The notes under the pieces: model-generated | Databases searched by the model: none | Seen by the model: only the letters and a program-made list of their open reading frames with translations | What the model was told of the DNA's origin: nothing | Shown: in pieces, positions 43,049 through 57,100 of the stretch | How positions within the stretch are numbered: position 1 is the stretch's first letter | How the letters are laid out: each line of letters starts with the position of its first letter | Assembly: GCA_964057225.1 (NCBI GenBank) | Contig: OZ059894.1 | Coordinates: 3,348,001 to 3,412,000, forward strand | Length of the DNA stretch: 64,000 nt | Source of the DNA: Auanema rhodensis | Taxonomy: Eukaryota; Animalia; Nematoda | Direction of reading: 5' to 3' | Position numbers and translations under genes: made by a program

Positions 43049-43237
43049 AAGGAAAACCTTGAGAACTCCACGAGTCTTTTCATAGATGAGTCGAGAGATA
43101 CGCTTTACTCCACCACGACGAGCAAGACGACGGATAGCAGGCTTGTTTATACCTTGGATGTTATCACGGAGAACCTTACGATGGCGTTTGGCTTCTCCCT
43201 TTCCAAGACCTTTTCCTCCTTTAACACGTCCAGACAT
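43049..43237 (-). pseudogene. H4: Histone H4, truncated (copy 3)
   Basis: Translation identical to copies 1 and 2. Confidence 0.93.
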
Positions 43238-43673
43238 GCTGATCGAGCTGTGTGTTGAATAGTAACCCTAGCATTTACCTTATATACTAGTGCTGTAGAG
43301 GTCACCGCGCAAAAACCCATTGTAATCGCCACCAAGCATATTGGCGCTTAATTTTGCTGCTCAATTCTAAAAATGTATTTTTAAATTTCATATAAACGAT
43401 AAGAATAACATAAACAACTGTTTATTTGCGAACAAACGTAGAATAGAAGCATGTGAGGCATTAGATATGATAACTGTTGTTGTTATCAACATGAAAGCAT
43501 AATTAATGAAATTCATAAAAAAAAATGAAGATGGATATGGAATATCAAAGACAGGGATTCTCCTTTACATAACAACAAAACATATCATATCAATTAACAT
43601 TACATAGCAAAAAAAGACAAGACAGACACAGTATTATATTATAAATCATTATGAATACATCAAATTTAAGTGT

Positions 43674-43689
43674 GGCCCTGAAGAGGGCC
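43674..43689 (-). other. Histone 3' stem-loop (copy 3)
   Basis: GGCCCTCTTCAGGGCC on the minus strand. Confidence 0.93.
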
Positions 43690-43715
43690 GTTGGGTTATG
43701 TAACGTTTCAAGTGC

Positions 43716-44219
<504 letters not shown>

Positions 44220-44602
44220 TCACTATTTTGGTATTTTGACTATAAATATATTAAATCGGATCATAGCTACATAAATAAAGTGTTACAGTAATAAGGACAA
44301 AAACTTAGTAACTGTGCGTTGATTGGAATGTAATAGTAAATTGTATTAAAACATTCACTGTTCCATTTAAAAAATAATTGTCTTCACGTATTATATAGTA
44401 AAATTTTTAATTAGAATACACTTGACCAATTATGGATATTTCAACATCATTATAGCAAACATCTTAAAATTAACTAAATGCACCACTTGACAAGAGTTAC
44501 TCATCTCATAAGAATTACATCAATATTAAGAAGCTCAAAAAAACTAACTATAACAACAACCGATCAACTGCCATCTGTTTCAAAAATGAAATATCAATCA
44601 AA

Positions 44603-44950
44603 ATTATTGAACACGCCAGTTTGTTATTATATTTATTTTTATATTATTTTATATTATATTTGTTTATAAATATTAGGTCCTGCATGGAAATTCCTTTTGT
44701 TCACTAAAAAACACGGTACGCAATTCGGGCAACACATTGTCTGGAATAATGTTGAAGCTCCAGTTAATTTATGCAATTAAGTTATTTTGTTAAAAGTTAG
44801 CTTTACTTTCGTAATTCATTATTGAACACGCCAGTTTGTTATTATATTTATTTTTATATTATTTTATATTATATTTGTTTATAAGTATTAGGTCCTGCAT
44901 GGAAATTCCTTTTGTTCACTAAAAAACACGGTACGCAATTCGGGCAACAC
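44603..44950. repeat. 215-bp spacer repeat, ~1.6 units, followed by T15
   Basis: Same as copy 2; T15 at 44951-44965. Confidence 0.85.
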
Positions 44951-45175
44951 TTTTTTTTTTTTTTTACTTTTTTATTTGGATGTGACATTACTTCCTTTTT
45001 TTTATTTGTGATTTTTCGATCATCTATATTTTAGTTATTATTATTTAAATATACACAATGTATATTTAAAACACTTTTGTAGCATCTTGTTATTATGATC
45101 ATGCTCAAATGAGTTGTTGCAGGTTGACCTCCCTGGTCCTAGTATATAATGAAGAAAATTCTTCACTTCATCTCC

Positions 45176-48100
45176 TGGTTTGCGCGCTAACTAACATACA
45201 GGTCAGCAAAGGGAGTGGCACAATAACAGTTCATTCGTCAGCGTAAGAATAACCATGCCACCCAAGACATCCGCCAAGGGAGCTGAAGAAACGGAGAGAA
45301 GAAGAAGAGAAATTCCTGAAAGTAAGTTTTTAAGTTTTTAATGTTTAAATAATTCAAATAATTTCGAGTTGAATCAAATGTGTTTATCTATATTTTAGTT
45401 ATTATTATTTAAATAAACACAATTCTTATAGTAAAGCTTCTAACCAGAGTTGGGAGAATGGGGGCGTGGTTTGCGCGCTAACTAACATATAGGTCAGCAA
45501 AGGAAGTTGTACAATAACAGTTGATTCGTCAGCGTAGGAATAACCATGCCACCCAAGCCATCCGCCAAGGGAGCTGAAGACAAAGGAGAGAAGAAGAAGA
45601 GAAATTCCTGAAAGTAAGTTTTTAATGTTTAAATAATTCAAATAATTTCAAGTTGAATCAAATGTCTTTATCTATATTTTAGTTATTATTATTTAAATAT
45701 ACACAATTCTTATAGTAAAGCTTCTAACCAGAGTTGGGAGAATGGGGGCGTGGTTTGCGTGCTAACTAACATATAGGTCAGCAAAGGGAATTGTACAATA
45801 ACAGTTGATACGTCAGCGTAGGAATAACCATGCCACCCAAGCCATCCGCCAAGGGAGCTGAAGAAGAGAAATTCCAGAAAGTAAGTTTATATCAATAGTT
45901 TTCATGTAAAACAGCCTTTTATGAGGAAATTTAAAGTTTTTAATGTTTAAATAATTCAAATAATTTCAAGTTGAATCAAATGTCTTTATCTATATTTTAG
46001 TATATTATTATTTAAATATACACAATTCTTATAGTAAAGCTTCTAACCAGAGTTGGGAGAATGGGGGCGTGGTTTTCGCACTAACTAACATATAGGTCAG
46101 CAAAGGGAGTTGTACAATAACAGTTGATTCGTCAGCGTAGGAATAACCATGCCACCCAAGCCATCCGCCAAGGGAGCTGAAGAGAAAGGAGAGAAGAAGA
46201 AGAGAAATTCCTGAAAGTAAGTTTTTAAGTTTTTAATGTTTAAATAATTCAAATAATTTCAAGTTGAATCAAATGTCTGTATCTATATTTTAGTTATTAT
46301 TATTTAAATATACACAATTCTTATAGTAAAGCTTCTAACCAGAGTTGGGAGAATGGAAGCGTGGTTTGCGTGCTAACTAACATATAGGTCAGCAAAGGGA
46401 GTTGTACAATAACAGTTGATACGTCAGCGTAGGAATAACCATGCCACCCAAGCCATCCGCCAAGGGAGCTGAAGAAGAGAAATTCCAGAAAGTAAGTTTA
46501 TATCAATAGTTTTCATGTAAAACAGCCTTTTATGAGGAAATTTAAAGTTTTTAATTTTTAAATAATTCAAATAATTTCAAGTTGAATCAAATGTCTTTAT
46601 GTATATTTTAGTATATTATTATTCAAGTATACACAATTCTTATAGTAAAGCTTCTAACCAGAGTTGGGAGAATGGGGGCGTGGTTTGCGCGCTAACTAAC
46701 GTATAGGTCAGCAAAGGGAGTTGTACAATAACAGTTGATTCGTCAGCGTAGGAATAACCATGCCACCCAAGCCATCCGCCAAGGGAGCTGAAGAAGAGAA
46801 ATTCCAGAAAGTAAGTTTATATCAATAGTTTTCATGTAAAACAGCCTTTTATGAGGAAATTTAAAGTTTTTAATTTTTAAATATTTCAAATAATTTCAAG
46901 TTGAATCAAATGTCTTTATGTATATTTTAGTATATTATTATTCAAGTATACACAATTCTTATAGTAAAGCTTCTAACCAGAGTTGGGAGAATGGGGGCGT
47001 GGTTTGCGCGCTAACTAACGTATAGGTCAGCAAAGGGAGTTGTACAATAACAGTTGATTCGTCAGCGTAGGAATAACCATGCCACCCAAGCCATCCGCCA
47101 AGGGAGCTGAAGAGAAAGGAGAGAAGAAGAAGAGAAATTCCTGAAAGTAAGTTTTTAAGTTTTTAATGTTTAAATAATTCAAATAATTTCAAGTTGAATC
47201 AAATGTCTGTATCTATATTTTAGTTATTATTATTTAAATATACACAATTCTTATAGTAAAGCTTCTAACCAGAGTTGGGAGAATGGAAGCGTGGTTTGCG
47301 TGCTAACTAACATATAGGTCAGCAAAGGGAGTTGTACAATAACAGTTGATACGTCAGCGTAGGAATAACCATGCCACCCAAGCCATCCGCCAAGGGAGCT
47401 GAAGAAGAGAAATTCCAGAAAGTAAGTTTATATCAATAGTTTTCATGTAAAACAGCCTTTTATGAGGAAATTTAAAGTTTTTAATTTTTAAATAATTCAA
47501 ATAATTTCAAGTTGAATCAAATGTCTTTATGTATATTTTAGTATATTATTATTCAAGTATACACAATTCTTATAGTAAAGCTTCTAACCAGAGTTGGGAG
47601 AATGGGGGCGTGGTTTGCGCGCTAACTAACGTATAGGTCAGCAAAGGGAGTTGTACAATAACAGTTGATTCGTCAGCGTAGGAATAACCATGCCACCCAA
47701 GCCATCCGCCAAGGGAGCTGAAGAGAAAGGAGAGAAGAAGAAGAGAAATTCCTGAAAGTGAGTTTTCAAGTTTTTAATGTTTAAATAATTCAAATAATTT
47801 CAAGTTGAATCAAATGTCTTTATCTATATTTTAGTTATTATTATTCAAATATACACAATTCTTATAGTAAAGCTTCTAACCAGAGTTGGGAGAATGGGGG
47901 CGTGGTTTGCGCGCTAACTATCATATAGGTCAGCAAAGGGAGTTGTACAATAACAGTTGATTCGTCAGCGTAGGAATAACCATGCCACCCAAGCCATCCG
48001 CCAAGGGAGCTGAAGAAGAGAAATTCCAGAAAGTAAGTTTATATCAATAGTTTTCATGTAAAACAGCCTTTTATGAGGAAATTTAAAGTTTTTAATGTTT

Positions 48101-51100
48101 AAATAATTCAAATAATTTCAAGTTGAATCAAATGTCGTTATCTATATTTTAGTATATTATTATTTAAATATACACAATTCTTATAGTAAAGCTTCTAACC
48201 AGAGTTGGGAGAATGGGGGCGTGGTTTTCGCACTAACTAACATATAGGTCAGCAAAGGGAGTTGTACAATAACAGTTGATTCGTCAGCGTAGGAATAACC
48301 ATGCCACCCAAGCCATCCGCCAAGGGAGCTGAAGAGAAAGGAGAGAAGAAGAAGAGAAATTCCTGAAAGTAAGTTTTTAAGTTTTTAATGTTTAAATAAT
48401 TCAAATAATTTCAAGTTGAATCAAATGTCTGTATCTATATTTTAGTTATTATTATTTAAATATACACAATTCTTATAGTAAAGCTTCTAACCAGAGTTGG
48501 GAGAATGGAAGCGTGGTTTGCGTGCTAACTAACATATAGGTCAGCAAAGGGAGTTGTACAATAACAGTTGATACGTCAGCGTAGGAATAACCATGCCACC
48601 CAAGCCATCCGCCAAGGGAGCTGAAGAAGAGAAATTCCAGAAAGTAAGTTTATATCAATAGTTTTCATGTAAAACAGCCTTTTATGAGGAAATTTAAAGT
48701 TTTTAATTTTTAAATAATTCAAATAATTTCAAGTTGAATCAAATGTCTTTATGTATATTTTAGTATATTATTATTCAAGTATACACAATTCTTATAGTAA
48801 AGCTTCTAACCAGAGTTGGGAGAATGGGGGCGTGGTTTGCGCGCTAACTAACGTATAGGTCAGCAAAGGGAGTTGTACAATAACAGTTGATTCGTCAGCG
48901 TAGGAATAACCATGCCACCCAAGCCATCCGCCAAGGGAGCTGAAGAGAAAGGAGAGAAGAAGAAGAGAAATTCCTGAAAGTGAGTTTTCAAGTTTTTAAT
49001 GTTTAAATAATTCAAATAATTTCAAGTTGAATCAAATGTCTTTATCTATATTTTAGTTATTATTATTCAAATATACACAATTCTTATAGTAAAGCTTCTA
49101 ACCAGAGTTGGGAGAATGGGGGCGTGGTTTGCGCGCTAACTATCATATAGGTCAGCAAAGGGAGTTGTACAATAACAGTTGATTCGTCAGCGTAGGAATA
49201 ACCATGCCACCCAAGCCATCCGCCAAGGGAGCTGAAGAAGAGAAATTCCAGAAAGTAAGTTTATATCAATAGTTTTCATGTAAAACAGCCTTTTATGAGG
49301 AAATTTAAAGTTTTTAATGTTTAAATAATTCAAATAATTTCAAGTTGAATCAAATGTCTTTATCTATATTTTAGTATATTATTATTTAAATATACACAAT
49401 TCTTATAGTAAAGCTTCTAACCAGAGTTGGGAGAATGGGGGCGTGGTTTTCGCACTAACTAACATATAGGTCAGCAAAGGGAGTTGTACAATAACAGTTG
49501 ATTCGTCAGCGTAGGAATAACCATGCCACCCAAGCCATCCGCCAAGGGAGCTGAAGAGAAAGGAGAGAAGAAGAAGAGAAATTCCTGAAAGTAAGTTTTT
49601 AAGTTTTTAATGTTTAAATAATTCAAATAATTTCAAGTTGAATCAAATGTCTGTATCTATATTTTAGTTATTATTATTTAAATATACACAATTCTTATAG
49701 TAAAGCTTCTAACCAGAGTTGGGAGAATGGAAGCGTGGTTTGCGTGCTAACTAACATATAGGTCAGCAAAGGGAGTTGTACAATAACAGTTGATACGTCA
49801 GCGTAGGAATAACCATGCCACCCAAGCCATCCGCCAAGGGAGCTGAAGAAGAGAAATTCCAGAAAGTAAGTTTATATCAATAGTTTTCATGTAAAACAGC
49901 CTTTTATGAGGAAATTTAAAGTTTTTAATTTTTAAATAATTCAAATAATTTCAAGTTGAATCAAATGTCTTTATGTATATTTTAGTATATTATTATTCAA
50001 GTATACACAATTCTTATAGTAAAGCTTCTAACCAGAGTTGGGAGAATGGGGGCGTGGTTTGCGCGCTAACTAACGTATAGGTCAGCAAAGGGAGTTGTAC
50101 AATAACAGTTGATTCGTCAGCGTAGGAATAACCATGCCACCCAAGCCATCCGCCAAGGGAGCTGAAGAGAAAGGAGAGAAGAAGAAGAGAAATTCCTGAA
50201 AGTGAGTTTTCAAGTTTTTAATGTTTAAATAATTCAAATAATTTCAAGTTGAATCAAATGTCTTTATCTATATTTTAGTTATTATTATTCAAATATACAC
50301 AATTCTTATAGTAAAGCTTCTAACCAGAGTTGGGAGAATGGGGGCGTGGTTTGCGCGCTAACTATCATATAGGTCAGCAAAGGGAGTTGTACAATAACAG
50401 TTGATTCGTCAGCGTAGGAATAACCATGCCACCCAAGCCATCCGCCAAGGGAGCTGAAGAAGAGAAATTCCAGAAAGTAAGTTTATATCAATAGTTTTCA
50501 TGTAAAACAGCCTTTTATGAGGAAATTTAAAGTTTTTAATGTTTAAATAATTCAAATAATTTCAAGTTGAATCAAATGTCTTTATCTATATTTTAGTATA
50601 TTATTATTTAAATATACACAATTCTTATAGTAAAGCTTCTAACCAGAGTTGGGAGAATGGGGGCGTGGTTTTCGCACTAACTAACATATAGGTCAGCAAA
50701 GGGAGTTGTACAATAACAGTTGATTCGTCAGCGTAGGAATAACCATGCCACCCAAGCCATCCGCCAAGGGAGCTGAAGAGAAAGGAGAGAAGAAGAAGAG
50801 AAATTCCTGAAAGTAAGTTTTTAAGTTTTTAATGTTTAAATAATTCAAATAATTTCAAGTTGAATCAAATGTCTGTATCTATATTTTAGTTATTATTATT
50901 TAAATATACACAATTCTTATAGTAAAGCTTCTAACCAGAGTTGGGAGAATGGAAGCGTGGTTTGCGTGCTAACTAACATATAGGTCAGCAAAGGGAGTTG
51001 TACAATAACAGTTGATTCGTCAGCGTAGGAATAACCATGCCACCCAAGCCATCCGCCAAGGGAGCTGAAGAAGAGAAATTCCAGAAAGTAAGTTTATATC

Positions 51101-54100
51101 AATAGTTTTCATGTAAAACAGCCTTTTATGAGGAAATTTAAAGTTTTTAATTTTTAAATAATTCAAATAATTTCAAGTTGAATCAAATGTCTTTATGTAT
51201 ATTTTAGTATATTATTATTCAAGTATACACAATTCTTATAGTAAAGCTTCTAACCAGAGTTGGGAGAATGGGGGCGTGGTTTGCGCGCTAACTAACGTAT
51301 AGGTCAGCAAAGGGAGTTGTACAATAACAGTTGATTCGTCAGCGTAGGAATAACCATGCCACCCAAGCCATCCGCCAAGGGAGCTGAAGAGAAAGGAGAG
51401 AAGAAGAAGAGAAATTCCTGAAAGTGAGTTTTCAAGTTTTTAATGTTTAAATAATTCAAATAATTTCAAGTTGAATCAAATGTCTTTATCTATATTTTAG
51501 TTATTATTATTCAAATATACACAATTCTTATAGTAAAGCTTCTAACCAGAGTTGGGAGAATGGGGGCGTGGTTTGCGCGCTAACTATCATATAGGTCAGC
51601 AAAGGGAGTTGTACAATAACAGTTGATTCGTCAGCGTAGGAATAACCATGCCACCCAAGCCATCCGCCAAGGGAGCTGAAGAAGAGAAATTCCAGAAAGT
51701 AAGTTTATATCAATAGTTTTCATGTAAAACAGCCTTTTATGAGGAAATTTAAAGTTTTTAATGTTTAAATAATTCAAATAATTTCAAGTTGAATCAAATG
51801 TCTTTATCTATATTTTAGTATATTATTATTTAAATATACACAATTCTTATAGTAAAGCTTCTAACCAGAGTTGGGAGAATGGGGGCGTGGTTTTCGCACT
51901 AACTAACATATAGGTCAGCAAAGGGAGTTGTACAATAACAGTTGATTCGTCAGCGTAGGAATAACCATGCCACCCAAGCCATCCGCCAAGGGAGCTGAAG
52001 AGAAAGGAGAGAAGAAGAAGAGAAATTCCTGAAAGTAAGTTTTTAAGTTTTTAATGTTTAAATAATTCAAATAATTTCAAGTTGAATCAAATGTCTGTAT
52101 CTATATTTTAGTTATTATTATTTAAATATACACAATTCTTATAGTAAAGCTTCTAACCAGAGTTGGGAGAATGGAAGCGTGGTTTGCGTGCTAACTAACA
52201 TATAGGTCAGCAAAGGGAGTTGTACAATAACAGTTGATACGTCAGCGTAGGAATAACCATGCCACCCAAGCCATCCGCCAAGGGAGCTGAAGAAGAGAAA
52301 TTCCAGAAAGTAAGTTTATATCAATAGTTTTCATGTAAAACAGCCTTTTATGAGGAAATTTAAAGTTTTTAATTTTTAAATAATTCAAATAATTTCAAGT
52401 TGAATCAAATGTCTTTATGTATATTTTAGTATATTATTATTCAAGTATACACAATTCTTATAGTAAAGCTTCTAACCAGAGTTGGGAGAATGGGGGCGTG
52501 GTTTGCGCGCTAACTAACGTATAGGTCAGCAAAGGGAGTTGTACAATAACAGTTGATTCGTCAGCGTAGGAATAACCATGCCACCCAAGCCATCCGCCAA
52601 GGGAGCTGAAGAGAAAGGAGAGAAGAAGAAGAGAAATTCCTGAAAGTGAGTTTTCAAGTTTTTAATGTTTAAATAATTCAAATAATTTCAAGTTGAATCA
52701 AATGTCTTTATCTATATTTTAGTTATTATTATTCAAATATACACAATTCTTATAGTAAAGCTTCTAACCAGAGTTGGGAGAATGGGGGCGTGGTTTGCGC
52801 GCTAACTATCATATAGGTCAGCAAAGGGAGTTGTACAATAACAGTTGATTCGTCAGCGTAGGAATAACCATGCCACCCAAGCCATCCGCCAAGGGAGCTG
52901 AAGAAGAGAAATTCCAGAAAGTAAGTTTATATCAATAGTTTTCATGTAAAACAGCCTTTTATGAGGAAATTTAAAGTTTTTAATGTTTAAATAATTCAAA
53001 TAATTTCAAGTTGAATCAAATGTCTTTATCTATATTTTAGTATATTATTATTTAAATATACACAATTCTTATAGTAAAGCTTCTAACCAGAGTTGGGAGA
53101 ATGGGGGCGTGGTTTTCGCACTAACTAACATATAGGTCAGCAAAGGGAGTTGTACAATAACAGTTGATTCGTCAGCGTAGGAATAACCATGCCACCCAAG
53201 CCATCCGCCAAGGGAGCTGAAGAGAAAGGAGAGAAGAAGAAGAGAAATTCCTGAAAGTAAGTTTTTAAGTTTTTAATGTTTAAATAATTCAAATAATTTC
53301 AAGTTGAATCAAATGTCTGTATCTATATTTTAGTTATTATTATTTAAATATACACAATTCTTATAGTAAAGCTTCTAACCAGAGTTGGGAGAATGGAAGC
53401 GTGGTTTGCGTGCTAACTAACATATAGGTCAGCAAAGGGAGTTGTACAATAACAGTTGATACGTCAGCGTAGGAATAACCATGCCACCCAAGCCATCCGC
53501 CAAGGGAGCTGAAGAAGAGAAATTCCAGAAAGTAAGTTTATATCAATAGTTTTCATGTAAAACAGCCTTTTATGAGGAAATTTAAAGTTTTTAATTTTTA
53601 AATAATTCAAATAATTTCAAGTTGAATCAAATGTCTTTATGTATATTTTAGTATATTATTATTCAAGTATACACAATTCTTATAGTAAAGCTTCTAACCA
53701 GAGTTGGGAGAATGGGGGCGTGGTTTGCGCGCTAACTAACGTATAGGTCAGCAAAGGGAGTTGTACAATAACAGTTGATTCGTCAGCGTAGGAATAACCA
53801 TGCCACCCAAGCCATCCGCCAAGGGAGCTGAAGAGAAAGGAGAGAAGAAGAAGAGAAATTCCTGAAAGTGAGTTTTCAAGTTTTTAATGTTTAAATAATT
53901 CAAATAATTTCAAGTTGAATCAAATGTCTTTATCTATATTTTAGTTATTATTATTCAAATATACACAATTCTTATAGTAAAGCTTCTAACCAGAGTTGGG
54001 AGAATGGGGGCGTGGTTTGCGCGCTAACTATCATATAGGTCAGCAAAGGGAGTTGTACAATAACAGTTGATTCGTCAGCGTAGGAATAACCATGCCACCC

Positions 54101-57100
54101 AAGCCATCCGCCAAGGGAGCTGAAGAAGAGAAATTCCAGAAAGTAAGTTTATATCAATAGTTTTCATGTAAAACAGCCTTTTATGAGGAAATTTAAAGTT
54201 TTTAATGTTTAAATAATTCAAATAATTTCAAGTTGAATCAAATGTCTTTATCTATATTTTAGTATATTATTATTTAAATATACACAATTCTTATAGTAAA
54301 GCTTCTAACCAGAGTTGGGAGAATGGGGGCGTGGTTTTCGCACTAACTAACATATAGGTCAGCAAAGGGAGTTGTACAATAACAGTTGATTCGTCAGCGT
54401 AGGAATAACCATGCCACCCAAGCCATCCGCCAAGGGAGCTGAAGAGAAAGGAGAGAAGAAGAAGAGAAATTCCTGAAAGTAAGTTTTTAAGTTTTTAATG
54501 TTTAAATAATTCAAATAATTTCAAGTTGAATCAAATGTCTGTATCTATATTTTAGTTATTATTATTTAAATATACACAATTCTTATAGTAAAGCTTCTAA
54601 CCAGAGTTGGGAGAATGGAAGCGTGGTTTGCGTGCTAACTAACATATAGGTCAGCAAAGGGAGTTGTACAATAACAGTTGATACGTCAGCGTAGGAATAA
54701 CCATGCCACCCAAGCCATCCGCCAAGGGAGCTGAAGAAGAGAAATTCCAGAAAGTAAGTTTATATCAATAGTTTTCATGTAAAACAGCCTTTTATGAGGA
54801 AATTTAAAGTTTTTAATTTTTAAATAATTCAAATAATTTCAAGTTGAATCAAATGTCTTTATGTATATTTTAGTATATTATTATTCAAGTATACACAATT
54901 CTTATAGTAAAGCTTCTAACCAGAGTTGGGAGAATGGGGGCGTGGTTTGCGCGCTAACTAACGTATAGGTCAGCAAAGGGAGTTGTACAATAACAGTTGA
55001 TTCGTCAGCGTAGGAATAACCATGCCACCCAAGCCATCCGCCAAGGGAGCTGAAGAGAAAGGAGAGAAGAAGAAGAGAAATTCCTGAAAGTGAGTTTTCA
55101 AGTTTTTAATGTTTAAATAATTCAAATAATTTCAAGTTGAATCAAATGTCTTTATCTATATTTTAGTTATTATTATTCAAATATACACAATTCTTATAGT
55201 AAAGCTTCTAACCAGAGTTGGGAGAATGGGGGCGTGGTTTGCGCGCTAACTATCATATAGGTCAGCAAAGGGAGTTGTACAATAACAGTTGATTCGTCAG
55301 CGTAGGAATAACCATGCCACCCAAGCCATCCGCCAAGGGAGCTGAAGAAGAGAAATTCCAGAAAGTAAGTTTATATCAATAGTTTTCATGTAAAACAGCC
55401 TTTTATGAGGAAATTTAAAGTTTTTAATGTTTAAATAATTCAAATAATTTCAAGTTGAATCAAATGTCTTTATCTATATTTTAGTATATTATTATTTAAA
55501 TATACACAATTCTTATAGTAAAGCTTCTAACCAGAGTTGGGAGAATGGGGGCGTGGTTTTCGCACTAACTAACATATAGGTCAGCAAAGGGAGTTGTACA
55601 ATAACAGTTGATTCGTCAGCGTAGGAATAACCATGCCACCCAAGCCATCCGCCAAGGGAGCTGAAGAGAAAGGAGAGAAGAAGAAGAGAAATTCCTGAAA
55701 GTAAGTTTTTAAGTTTTTAATGTTTAAATAATTCAAATAATTTCAAGTTGAATCAAATGTCTGTATCTATATTTTAGTTATTATTATTTAAATATACACA
55801 ATTCTTATAGTAAAGCTTCTAACCAGAGTTGGGAGAATGGAAGCGTGGTTTGCGTGCTAACTAACATATAGGTCAGCAAAGGGAGTTGTACAATAACAGT
55901 TGATACGTCAGCGTAGGAATAACCATGCCACCCAAGCCATCCGCCAAGGGAGCTGAAGAAGAGAAATTCCAGAAAGTAAGTTTATATCAATAGTTTTCAT
56001 GTAAAACAGCCTTTTATGAGGAAATTTAAAGTTTTTAATTTTTAAATAATTCAAATAATTTCAAGTTGAATCAAATGTCTTTATGTATATTTTAGTATAT
56101 TATTATTCAAGTATACACAATTCTTATAGTAAAGCTTCTAACCAGAGTTGGGAGAATGGGGGCGTGGTTTGCGCGCTAACTAACGTATAGGTCAGCAAAG
56201 GGAGTTGTACAATAACAGTTGATTCGTCAGCGTAGGAATAACCATGCCACCCAAGCCATCCGCCAAGGGAGCTGAAGAGAAAGGAGAGAAGAAGAAGAGA
56301 AATTCCTGAAAGTGAGTTTTCAAGTTTTTAATGTTTAAATAATTCAAATAATTTCAAGTTGAATCAAATGTCTTTATCTATATTTTAGTTATTATTATTC
56401 AAATATACACAATTCTTATAGTAAAGCTTCTAACCAGAGTTGGGAGAATGGGGGCGTGGTTTGCGCGCTAACTATCATATAGGTCAGCAAAGGGAGTTGT
56501 ACAATAACAGTTGATTCGTCAGCGTAGGAATAACCATGCCACCCAAGCCATCCGCCAAGGGAGCTGAAGAAGAGAAATTCCAGAAAGTAAGTTTATATCA
56601 ATAGTTTTCATGTAAAACAGCCTTTTATGAGGAAATTTAAAGTTTTTAATGTTTAAATAATTCAAATAATTTCAAGTTGAATCAAATGTCTTTATCTATA
56701 TTTTAGTATATTATTATTTAAATATACACAATTCTTATAGTAAAGCTTCTAACCAGAGTTGGGAGAATGGGGGCGTGGTTTTCGCACTAACTAACATATA
56801 GGTCAGCAAAGGGAGTTGTACAATAACAGTTGATTCGTCAGCGTAGGAATAACCATGCCACCCAAGCCATCCGCCAAGGGAGCTGAAGAGAAAGGAGAGA
56901 AGAAGAAGAGAAATTCCTGAAAGTAAGTTTTTAAGTTTTTAATGTTTAAATAATTCAAATAATTTCAAGTTGAATCAAATGTCTGTATCTATATTTTAGT
57001 TATTATTATTTAAATATACACAATTCTTATAGTAAAGCTTCTAACCAGAGTTGGGAGAATGGAAGCGTGGTTTGCGTGCTAACTAACATATAGGTCAGCA